Positions 52,271 through 64,000 of a stretch of 64,000 nucleotides of DNA are shown here, in pieces (position 1 is the first letter of the stretch; every line of letters begins with the position of its first letter). The DNA comes from Massalongia carnosa (taxonomy: Eukaryota). The DNA is taken from assembly GCA_965645245.1 (NCBI GenBank), contig OZ287068.1, positions 1,798,001 to 1,862,000 of the forward strand, written 5' to 3'. A model generated the notes under the pieces. It saw only the letters and a program-made list of their open reading frames with translations, was not told where the DNA came from and made no database searches. A program made the position numbers and the translations under genes.

Positions 52271-52679
52271 CGTCGAAAAGCTTCGAAAAGTCCTGACGTT
52301 GAACCTTGCGCGTCTGCTCTAGCGCATGCGACAGGTATGAAGTATCTAGCACACTTTTACTACTGTACACGTACTGTTTTCCGGCTACAACGTCACGTCA
52401 CTCTATTTTTATGAGAATCACAGAAAAGAAATAGTATTAATTTGATAACATGATGGCGATGGCGTAATTGACACGGCAGACGCCATTTCCCGCATTTACA
52501 ATTCCTTGGTGGCCTCATCAAACCTCCATCACCAGTCTATAAAGTGTTGTTCAGAAGAGCAGAATAAGCTTAGCAGTAAACCCAAACGAGTGTAGGGTGG
52601 CCGATCGCAACAGCTTGCCAGTTATACGGGCAGCAAGATGGTCTGTATCGGTTTACCCACTAACCCCCCGTGGTAAAAT

Positions 52680-53587
52680 CTATAGGGCCACGGCAAGACC
52701 GAAAATTGCAAGTGCAGCCGCACTGAAAGAGCCTATATACTTGGAGGCAGATCCAGTAAATGCTTTCGAAGACGATGACGGCCCAGGGATTTTGCTTCCG
52801 GATGGTAGAATTGGGGATCCGGTTGCCGAAGAACCCGAGCCAGCTCCAGGTTTTCCCGTGGCACCTGCAAGACCGGCGCTTCCAGTAGCACTAACAAATC
52901 CAGAAGACCCAAGGACAGCAGTTGAGCTAGATGGATTATTAATAAGCAGGCTACGGGGATTCACCAGCTTTTCTTACCTAACTTTGGTGGTCCTTGTGCA
53001 TGAACATTCGGTATCATAGAATGTAGACGTGTAGGTGATGGGATACGGTGCTGAAGTGGCTGAAGTAGAGATAGAGGAGCTAATAGTCGAAGCTGATTCT
53101 GAAGTACTTGACGCGGAGGAATGCACGGTGCTTGAAGCGGAAGCTTTGCTTGTGCTTGAAGCGGAAGCTTTGCTTGTGCTTGATCCAGAGGGTTCATGTG
53201 TGCTTGAGGCAGAAGACGAAGACGCCTCGGTAGCTGTGATTCATAACAATTAATAGTTGGAGACGCGTTAAGACATGATACGAAACATACAGATGGTCTT
53301 GCCAGCTACTTTGCAGGTGTCTCTAAACGCGCTCAGCGCAGCCTCAACATTATCGCCACAGAGACTTTTGATCTGAGCTTGGACCTTGGAAGAGTCGGCA
53401 CCGCAGAGGAGGGGGATATCAGCCGGATGACTCTCGGTGCTAAAGTGAAGGTTAGAAAAAGCAAATCGCGGCATTGGGACACGCTATACTTGACAGCAGC
53501 CAAAAGACAAGCTGGGGGAGTAGCAACAGCCACATGAGCATAGATGGTTACGAAAGCAGCCAATACTGCTAACCTAAAGCCAAACAT
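52680..53587 (-). CDS. GPI-anchored Ser/Thr-rich cell wall protein with small Cys domain
   Basis: Signal peptide, PPACLLAAV|N...LCG...LCG...F..TC, Ser/Thr/Gly-rich stalk with a 24-bp tandem duplication, hydrophobic C-terminus (FTGSASKYIGSFSAAALAIFGLAVAL). Confidence 0.82.
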
Positions 53588-55137
53588 TGTGAAAAAGCGA
53601 TATGGCGAAGTGTTTTCTGGTTTGTTTTGGATGAAGCAACAATTGAATGACTGATTGTTGATGTTTACGACAATATTGGCAAGTGAAAGTGAAAAGAAAC
53701 GTACTAAAGAGCGACTTAGGTCAATAATGGAAGGGCAAGATGAAGTTGTGGAAGGAGAGACGGAAGTAAATTAGGGAGTTTAGTTAGGGAGGAGGCGGGA
53801 GCGGCTTTGAACCTGAAGGCAGGATCAACATTATTCCGTTGATGAAACGAAATTCGCTCAAATTAGGACGTGACTGCCAGACTGCCAAAGCCAACACAGG
53901 GAAAGAAACCAAAACCTGGGACGATGACTGGCAATACTATGCACGGAATGAGAAAGCTATAACCATCAACTCTAGTGGCACAATCAGGTACAGAAACAGG
54001 TCCTAAGGAATTTCAACGGAGGGGTGATTTTGAAATCAGCACGCGACTGCTCATGGACTGGATAGAGTAATCCAGATGTCTATATACGTACAAGAGAGTT
54101 ATATTTCGATGACTTGCCGACGCAACCTTCTGAAGCCTTCAGACTATGATCCCACTAACACTCTGTACCTAGGATTACTTTCACAGGGCGGCAAACGTGT
54201 TTCGGGATGAGCGACTCAGCCCAATCAATTGGGGTTTGCTTGCACGGGCTTCATGAGACATGAGACCAAAACGGTGCATGTTAGAGGGCGGGTTATTTAT
54301 TAGGCCAAAAATTGCTTTCAAAGTGTGGGATTCTTAGCATTCCCTGTAGGTCTTATATTTATTGTGAATAATATGGCAACAGACAACGCCCCTATCTAAT
54401 ACTCCTTTTCCACCTGTTACATCGGCGCAAAAAGCTGTGCAACGAATGAAGATTCAGCCAAGCTGCCTGTGTTAACGGCTCTGCGGTGACCACTGCTACA
54501 TTTACCTTGTTGGCACGAGGCCTGAATCTTGCAATAGTAGGTTTTCAGTGAAGGACATTGCATGAAGACCTCCATTACTTTGAGGGTTATGATGAGAAAC
54601 GCTGAGGCTAGCACTACCTGTCACGAATTAGCGCCCTCAATACATACTAAGCTCGTGCTGTGCCACATTGACTGGCCAAAGCTATGCTGTATGCTTCCAC
54701 TATCTGAGTTCAGCTTTGTCCATTTACATGCCACATGCCATACTGTAGGTACTTGTTTTACAACACATTTCATTTCAATCAGCTTGACCTATCATTTATT
54801 CTTCTATACGTCTTATTCAATCCTTTGTTGCTCCCGATCACTCATATTCCCACCCACACCGCATTTGTTTTGCAACTTATCATATCTTCAATCAGCGGGA
54901 ACCCTCATCCAGTCCTCCTATATACGTTGTCCTACCTCTGCCTTCTACATATGTTCTTACCACCGCTCGTGGCCTGGATAGCAAGCTTTTGATAGTACAT
55001 TGCTCTCATTCATCGTTGGTAGTCGTTCAAGCCCGTTGAGCTTTACGTAGACTACCTTTTAGGGATCTTTGTAATAAGGCTAACAGTCTAATCACGGAAT
55101 TAACGTAATTTCATCTTCCATCTGGTCCAGACCAGCC

Positions 55138-58100
55138 ATGGTTCCCAAACCAGCCAAGAATTTTCAGCAAACGCAGCCCATCACTACCGGACTCAGGATC
55201 ATTTGCGAATCATACCCAGCTGGTACTTGCCTGAGGGAGCTTCTCCAGAATGCAGATGATGCAAGAGCGACTGAGATTGAGTTCGTATTAGACACAAAGT
55301 CCTACAAGAACGGTCCACTTCTATCTGAAGCTTTGTGGGAATTCCATGGGCCCGCAATTTTGATCAGGAACAACAGTGTATTTACCGATGAAGATTTCGA
55401 AAGTATTTCCTCTGTGGGAGATTCCAGAAAAAGAGACGATGCAAGTACGACTGGGAAATTTGGATTGGGTTTCAACTCGGTAAGTGGCTGCTAAGCCGCA
55501 TAGCCAATCTTCAAGCAGAGTAGAAGTTTGGATCGATTGAAACTCGTGCAGGTTTATCACTGGACAGATGGGCCCTCGATACTCTCCCGGAATTGGCTGC
55601 TTATATTTGATCCACATCAGCAGTGGTCTGATACCATTAAAAACCCTGGAGGGCCGACATGGGATATTATTCAGAACTGTTCGTCAGTCGAGATTCAAAA
55701 CCAATTGCAGACTTTCGGGGCTTTTCGGCTTGATATGTCAAAGGAGATTGATCAAACGATAATCCGTATCCCCCTTCGAACACAGGCTCAGGCTAAGACA
55801 AGCAAAATCATTCCGCGGGAGATTACTGTGGACGAAATCACAAAGGCATTAGAAGAATTCGCGCAGGAAATGAAAGAAGGAGGCTTACTCTTCCTCAAGT
55901 ACGTTAGCAAAATCATTCTTCGAGTCAACGAAGATGTTTTGGCAAATATTCAAATAGAAGGAAATGAGCCAAACGACCTCCGAGTACGAGGTGAACTTCC
56001 CTTTGATTTTATACGGCTGTATAAGCCTCATGGAACTCTAGAAGTACCGCAAGTGCTATCCAAAAATTTCGAGCTAAAAATTGAGTATACCATGCGTACG
56101 GTGGTGACCTACCAACGCTGGTTGCTGCAGCACACCATGATGAGCACAAGCGGTGATCAGGCATTAGATGATTGGGCACGCCCACGAAAGCTTTTTGCAT
56201 GGACGGCTGTTGCAGCACGTCTCAGCGTAAGTAAATTGCGGTTGGAATATCTACCTCTAAGGCTGGATTGAAGTTAGCGGGCTTTAGGACAACGAAGCAA
56301 ACTAAAACATTGGTTAGGATACTTCGACGGATACGGCATTCCATGGGCAGCTGTTTTCTACTCTAAGACTGCCCATCTTCACCAATCAGCCTGTTCATGT
56401 ACATGGCCTATGGTCCATATCACCAGATCGCGGGCGACTCTCATCATCAGGCCAATCAACTAGATATGAAGATTTAGGTACCAAATGGAATGAATTCATG
56501 TTCCGGCGTTGTGCTTCCACCGCTTGGGCAAGTCTCTTGCTTCATCGCAAGAAGGTCTCGTGGAACAAAGAACGTTTCAATCTTTGGCCGAATATCACGT
56601 CTACCCCAACAGAGGTCTGGCAAAGACTAATCGGTTGGGTTCTTGATGAGATAATCATTAAGAATTTGCCTGTGTGGAATAGTGGGAGCGGCTGCGTTGC
56701 CTTAAGTGAAGGATTCTTCGCGAGAACGAGTAGTGAAACCCAGAAATATGCCTTAGTATTTAATCAGATCTACCTACCTACGATTTTTTTGACCGACGAA
56801 TTGCTTTGCATAATCAGATGGCGAGCAAAATGCCTGTCTACGCATATAGCGTTCGTCCAACCCGCTGTCGTACGGGGTTTTCTTAAGCAAGCTCGGGCAT
56901 CAATACCATCGGATGCATCATTGTTATTGGAGTATTGCTTACTGGATGGATTCACCAGCAGCCTGAACACCAGCGCTAAGAAAGAGCTCTATCGTGATCT
57001 ACAAGACATTGCGATTTGGCCTAACCTTGGTGGAAGTTTGTCAATCTTGCAAAACTTGTTGCTCCCTCGAGATGTGGAAGAAATGAACATATTTTTAAAA
57101 GCAAGAGAATCTCAAACTATAGACTTCAGTCGATTAACAGCTCCAGTCCGAGAAGTCTTGTTGCGCGACATTGACATAGTTCCCTCGATGCGACATCGCG
57201 TTTTGAGCGATTTGCAACAAGATTGGCAGTTTATATATCCGGTGATGGGTGAGCTTCGACCCGCTGATACCTTATCGCTGCGGTGCCTTAATCTAGACTC
57301 AGCTCTCAGCGCTATTTGGGGCTGGATCTCTGAAAGAGCACAAGAAGACAACCCAGACTTTGCTGCGCTCGACGATCTATGGCTCTTCCCAGTGAACGGA
57401 ACTTACCTTCGTCGATATGCGCCTAGGTTTGAGCCTCCTCTGATGCTTGTTGTCGACAAAAGTGAGTCGCTCTACAAACTCATGGTTAATATTTCCTCCG
57501 ACAAAAAATCTACCACGGCTCCCCTGCTTGACACCTATGTACTTCCGGCAGAAGCCATCAGACTTCTGCGTAAGCAGATACCAGTAGAATCACGAATAGC
57601 AGGAGCCTGTCTTGAACATCTAGAGTCCTGTGTTGCTTGGCTGGTCGCCTCTGAAAAAGGCGTTACCGAAGTGACTACTGGCGAGAAAGCGCTTCTATTG
57701 CAACACCTTGAGCTGCTTGTGAGAAGCACGTCGCCAATTAAGCAGTGGCCTGAAATTAGAAGCCACATAAGATGTCTTCCACTGTACAGTAAGGTTCAAT
57801 CAGAAGCACCGTTCAAGTAAGCCTCCGATTGCTATGGATTCGCAGCGAATATGCTAATTTACATCGTTAAGTGAGTGGAGCATCATCAAGAGCAACCTTA
57901 GCGGATATCACAATGCAGTCGAGCTACCCGAAGGTCTCCCTCCATTACCAAATATGCAAAGCATATCTTTTTACAACCTGACTGACCGGACCGAGAGGTT
58001 CCTCGTTAACTATTTTAATCTTATTGAAAAAATGTCCATGGAGACACTGCTGGAGACTTTTTTGCTACCATGGGCGATCAGCGCCCACGAAATTTTCAGC

Positions 58101-61100
58101 ACTGCCAAAAATAGTCTTATCGACTTCATCTTTAGGCTTGATATATCGAGAAATCCATCAGATGCATGGAAAATGATAATTTCTAGCCAAGCAATTGTAC
58201 CTCTTGACTCTGGTTCCAGCGAGAACCCAAAATGCTATAGTTGTCTGAGAAGTATAGTTTCTCCTGGTTCCTCGCTTTCTAAGCTCTACTTTGAGAATGA
58301 AAATGTCTTTCCAGATACGACGTTTTTTGAAAACCATATGGCAGCATTGATCACCCTTGGGATCAGGAGAGAGCCTATTTGGCCTGATGTGGTAGATCGT
58401 ATCAAGTGCTTCTCCACGCGTACCGCGAATGAGCTTGCGGAAAAAGTTGGTTATCTACTTAGCCTATCAACTTCTGCGCATTTTATGTTAGATCCATCGA
58501 CTGTCAACTTTATTCGAACCTTGAAATGGATTCCTGGGATACCACCTGGAGGAAACTCCACTTCCTTGCTTTCCCCGGATGAATGCCACAGTGCTGAGTG
58601 GAGCAGTCATACTGATTTGGTCTTGGGAACAACTAGGTTCTCCCCATCGGGAATGTGGAGGCGGCTTCTCGGATGGGACATAGCTATTGAGAGAGACGTC
58701 TTACTTCGCCAGCTGGATCTTTGTCTTGCGCAAAACCTTTACTCAAAAGTCAATTGTGTTCTAAACCACATCAGCCCAAACGACTATTCGGCTTTGCTGA
58801 CGAGGCCTTGTATCTTAGGGACACATAAAAACTATCGGAATCCACAGAGAACGTTTCTTCCCAAGAGTTTGTTGACCACGTATCCGATGTCCCCCTTTCT
58901 CGACGAAGTAGACTTATTCTTTGAAGAGAGTCACCCCGCATTGCTAAAAGCGCTCAACGTACGTTCGCAACCATCACTGAAGGATATTTCTGATGTACAG
59001 AGAACCATGCAAGCGTCAACCGAAGTTCTTAACCCGGACGACCTTGGCGTCATCATATCTTCGCTCGAAATTGCTACTCAACTCTATAAAACTAGTGATT
59101 TGACGGATATGCTAGTCCCAGACTCACAGAATATTCTCAGGAATCTATCAGACATTGTGCATGGGGATAGAAATGTTACCGGTGCTGTTGCGACCTTCAA
59201 TTTCACACACCCGGCGATATCTAGTAGGATTATTCAAAGTCTTGGGGTAGAGAACTGCCTCGCTCGTGCGACAAGACTGGAGATAGATTTTGATGACGAA
59301 GACGAGGATGAGTATACGCCTCGAGAAACGCTCTCAACAGCCATTTCGGACACTCTCCAGCGATACTCTATCGCCAGCACTTTCAACGAATATCTTGCAA
59401 ATGCAGAGGATTGTGGAGCCACAAAAATCTCATGGATCTTAGATGAGTGCCAAGAAGGGCATCATGCTTCTTCGACATTGTTGACTGAGGAGTTGAAGCT
59501 ACTGCAGGGTCCAGCGCTTATGGTTCATAACGATGGAGGTAAGTTATCAACTCTGATTTAAGATGGCTTATCTTAGTCATTTCTTTCCAAGATTGATACT
59601 GTTGTTCTATGCTAGCTAGTACTTTCCCTAGTGTTGCATGCATGACTAGTTCTCTCATTTCGTGCTTTTCCTCCCCTCCTCCTTTATCGGTGAATCGTTG
59701 CTTCGGTTGTCAGCACTTAAGTTTCTAGCGACGAGTCTCTTTTTGAATTTCTTGATGGCGTTCTTTGTGTGGAACGGCTCCGCCGGTAATGAGCAGGTAC
59801 TAAGCTTGCGTCAACAGTTTTCTCCGACAAAGACTTCAATGGATTCAAAGATATTGGCCGAGGCAGCAAAGGCGACGATGCGACAACAATAGGAATGTTT
59901 GGCAGAGGCGCAATGAGTATGTTTCATTTTACTGATGTGCCAATGATTGTTTCCGGCGCTTGGTTTTTAGTTCTAGACCCCCAACAAGAATCCCTTCCAA
60001 AAAACAGGCACTTCAAGCGGAAGCTCGGCGTCAAAATACCTCTGAGTATGGCCCGCAAAATATGTAAGGATCAACTTGCCCCTTTCCATGGCATTTGTGG
60101 ATACTCGGATGAAGTTCATTCCTACACGGGCACCATTTTTCGATTTCCATTCCGAAGTCCATTTACCACGACTACCTTACACAAATCACAGAAGAAAATA
60201 TCACTTGCGTCCAGAAATACTAATATTCAAAGCGGAAAGATCGTCATTGACAGCACGAAGACCCGAGAGCTGTTATTGGAGTATTTTGAGAATGCCCCAA
60301 TGGCCCTGCTCTTCTTACGGAACGTGAATAGTATCAGTTTTTCAGTTCGAGGCGAGCCGCAGTTTAGGTGGTTCGTCTTCGCAACTCGTCCAGAAGGTTC
60401 TAACAATGAGACGTTTGGGCAAGTGACGGTAACAAGCTCCCAAGACGACGAAAAACAAATCGAAAGGGTTTGGCGTGTTGGTCTCATGGATGTTCACACA
60501 TGCCCTCCTGGCGTGTCCAAACCTGGACGAGCAGCTGGGAAACTAACAACATGTGGGGTAGCAGCTTGTATCTCTGGGCCCAGAGCCGTTCAGAGGGTTT
60601 TCTGCAGGCTTCCAACTGATTTCGTGTCCACCCTTCCTATCTCTTTTCATGCTAGTTTTGGCATAACCGGCGACCGGCAATCAATCCCTTTCGAAGATTT
60701 TCATAAAGATTCCGTCATAGCTGGATGGAATCGTTGGCTGCTGGAAACTTGCATTCCTGATTTCTATCTCGAATTTCTCATAGACTTGGCACCAAAGGTA
60801 GGCGAATCGTCTTTTGCGCTCTGGCCAATCTCGAGTAAAAATGGGTTGTCGAACTCATTGTCAGATGTGGTGATAAGCTCATTCTGGCGGAAAGTTATGG
60901 ACGAAGAGCATAGACGCCGGCCTTTTTACCCCGTATGCGAGTCCACATTGATGCCCAGATATTTTTCGACTTTAATAGCCAAGCCAGGACGAAGCGGAAA
61001 ATTCGCTCGGACAGTTTCGGCAAATCTCGCCCACTTCGATTTTCTTCCTCGGTCTATCTCCTCAAAGCTTCTCCCATTGTTTCTCGGCATTTGCCATGGC

Positions 61101-64000
61101 CTTGTCCGGCTCCCTGAAGAACTTTGGCCAGATATGCAGAGGTCGCAGGCGGATGGGAAATGTACAGTGCTCAATCCGACCAATATATGTCAGCTTTTTC
61201 GACAAGAAGGCAATTATAAATTTCTAGTAGGTTTTCTCGCAGAGATGAAAGAGAACAGTAGGGTGGAGGCAATTGAAATGCTTCTCCAATCAGCTGTACC
61301 ATTATCATTGGAAGATCCAGCCAACTTGGGAATTCTTGATGGGTGCAGAATCCTACCAAGGCTTGATGGCTCTTTGGGCCTTCTAAAGCTAAACCCGGAA
61401 GCTGACTCGGAATGGACCTTTCATGCCACCGAAATAGAGCAAAAGCTGTTTGCCTTTGCGTCTTGCCTCTTTGTTGACCGAGTTTTCCAACAATCGTCAC
61501 CCGGGCCAACGTTCCTGATGCAATCATCAGCGGAACGTGTAAGTCGAAATCCGATCAGGGAGATTATGACCGCGCCATTCAACGTTCGTCCGTTGGCACT
61601 CCAAGATATTGGAGGACTGTTAGCACGATCTGAGTCACCAACCACCTCTTCTTTAGACGCGAAAAGACGAACCGGATGGACCCATGAACTGTGGAAATAC
61701 CTTGATACTAAAATCAAGGAAGAGCTCAGAGCTAAATCAAACGACGAGGACCTACAAAGCATCATAGAGTTGTTAGCGGGATGTGGTCTGCTCAACCAGC
61801 CCATCTACCTAATAAAATACTTCCAGCCAGACTCATACATTACATATACTCAATTTGAAGCTGAGCCATACATTTTAGACCCTATGGATGAGCAGCAGCA
61901 CGAACTTTGCATGGAAATCAAAGATCTTAGGCTGATCGATCATGCCTGTGCTCCTTCTCAGCTTTCGAAAGCTGAAAACAACTTGAAAGACAGACCGAGT
62001 TTCTCCCGTTTGCTCAAGGCGCTTTTAATGATCGAGAAGCAAAGGAGTGTTTCAATCAGTAATTATCTGGCGAAGGAACTAACGAGCAAATCAGTAAAGG
62101 TAGTTGCTTCTACTCGTTCATTTTTGCCATGCTAATTTTGGGTTATTGGTAGACTTTACGAAACCTTCTGATTCATTATGTGAATAGTACAGCTTCTAAC
62201 ATCCAATACATGCATGTCCTTCAGGCCCTTCCTGTCTGGCCGCATTTAGGGGCTTCAATCAGCGACTCTTCGAAATATTTACCTGCTAAAACGGCATATT
62301 TCTGCCGCCACAACTTGATGCTTATGCCATGGATTAAGGATTTGGAGAACTTCGTAAAGCCAGAGATTCTCGACTCGAGCAAGAATTTTCTGTCAAATAT
62401 AAATGTTCATTTCTTGTCAGTTGAGCAGATTTGGGATTATGTCAAGGACGGCTTACCTAAATTTCTCGATACCGCAGGGTTGGAAGAATATGTAGGTTTC
62501 GTCCACTGCCTTGCGCAGTCTTCGGTAAGGACAGGATGGTATAAATTAGCTCCGAATGGCGCCGGAGAGTTATGTCATGCATCCTCGCTCTTCGACCATG
62601 AAGAACCAATCTTCCTGGCAGCCTTTCGGGAAGAAGAACCGACGAGATACCTAAATCTAAAGCTTCGTGGGCCTTCCCTAAAGTCTTTCTGGGTTTTCAA
62701 CGGTCTTAGAACGAATCATTCAGCACGAGGTTTGACTGCCGAAGATTATTTACTATGTGCTGTTGCAATCGAGCGTCGATGGCTGAATAAAACCTTGAGT
62801 CAGACATTTTGTCAGGATGCCCAGATTGTGGCAAGTTATCTACGATGGGACAAAGATGTTCAATCTTGGCCCCAAATAACTTGGAACTCCCTTTGTAAAA
62901 TTCACATGTTTCGTGTGATCGATGAGTTTTCAGGAGAGCGCGCTTACCGTCGAAACCAAATGCATCAAATCGCCCAGAGGCAGAGCTATCGCTGTCTTGA
63001 GGATATTGCGCAGGATAAATACAAGCCGATTCTCTGGTCTCAATCTGCCTTCTCTCACGAGCCCCCGGCTGATTTCGTCTTCAAGCAGCTACCAAACTGG
63101 GGTTTACCATCAGTGGTGGAAGTGTTTAATCATGTTCAGTTTCTGATTAGCATTTGCACAGATACCGGTCCTGACGGTATGGTCGATTATTTCAAAGATA
63201 TTCAGGCATCCTACACATACTTGCAAGTAAACCAGGCGCATGTACAACTCATTCCCGGCATAAGAGATGTAAGTCTATGGATTAATCTTGATACTACGGA
63301 TATCACCGCCATCTCTGCACGGGATATTGAGCGCAATATATTGCCTGCAAAATCGCTGTGCTTGAACTGTCCAACGGATCCGCTGCCTCTGAAAGTTGCA
63401 CGGAAATTCCTGGTTCCGTACGAGATGCTTCTTAAGGCGCTGGGCTGCGAATCGATCGTTCAGCCCACGATACCGATATCCCTGACAAGTGATTCCGAAC
63501 CACCCATGACAGCAGCTTTGAAGAAAATGCGAGACTTGCGGGACAAGGGGCATCTGGTCGACGTGATTTTCGTGGCCGAAGGTTTTGAGAAGCCGGCTCA
63601 CAAGATATTCATGGCCGCCGTGTCTTCGTACTGTGAGGCACAATTTCTAGGCGAATGGGGCCGTATTCTTCAGCATCCCGCCAAGATCATGATCAGGGAC
63701 ATGAGATTCCGAACGCTCTGCCAGATGGTGGACTTTGCATACATGGGGGTTGTCGAGTGGGCGAACGTACAGGACCCTAACGACAACGACGAAGTAGCAA
63801 CGAAACTCGACGAGTTGCTGGATCTATTGCAAGGTACCGACCGTTGGTTTCTCGGGCGCCTGCACGAAAAGGCGGAAGATCACATCATGAGCCACTCGAA
63901 AGTGTAAGTTCCCCCCCTTAATAGGTCTTTCCCTTGAGATGCTTGAGGATAGCATTCATAAGCGTTTTGCAAAAAGTCGAAAACTGATTCCTGCGCTGCA
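55138..64000 (+). CDS. Giant sacsin-like protein: two HSP90/GHKL-like sacsin repeat regions and a C-terminal BTB/POZ domain; runs off window
   Basis: LRELLQNADDA..GDSRK..GKFGLGFNS|VYHWTD..FDPH..IRIPLR..LLFL..LP....PVHVHG; second copy FNEYLANAEDC..GRGSK..GMFGRGAMSMFHFTD..LDP..FRFPFR..LPISFHASF; BTB DVIFVAEG...AHKIFMAAVSSYC...MVDFAY.G; canonical GT-AG introns. Confidence 0.88.

Overview
Gene-dense, intron-containing genomic DNA from a filamentous ascomycete (Pezizomycotina; finer taxonomy cannot be fixed from sequence alone). About 22 protein-coding genes are recognisable, mostly conserved housekeeping genes: SWIM-finger protein, TRAPPC13, DENN, SOG2, RSM25, PPR, GLR1, CCE1, NOP15, SMN-like, cupredoxin-like, F-box, LTO1, ICE2, MYG1, endosulfine, SFM1, KEX1, GLE2, ACO2 and a GPI protein. 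A giant sacsin-like/BTB gene runs off the right end. A transposon-rich block at about 27.8-36 kb holds a DD37E Tc1-like element, an LTR-like relic, a DD35D Fot1/pogo element and a decayed ~42-codon repeat gene. The main signal absent from the ORF track is on the minus strand at 46.3-47.4 kb. It is an unusually long (~736 nt) RNase MRP RNA gene followed ~256 nt downstream by a double-guide box C/D snoRNA (snR66-like plus snR68-like guides), with a long hairpin in the spacer, suggesting a dicistronic ncRNA unit. Other points are a probable non-AUG-initiated mitochondrial extension of GLR1, a UUU-UAA +1 'shifty stop' in the Tc1-like transposase, and a 7-nt microexon. Exon boundaries and family assignments were made by eye and from memory; no searches were run.
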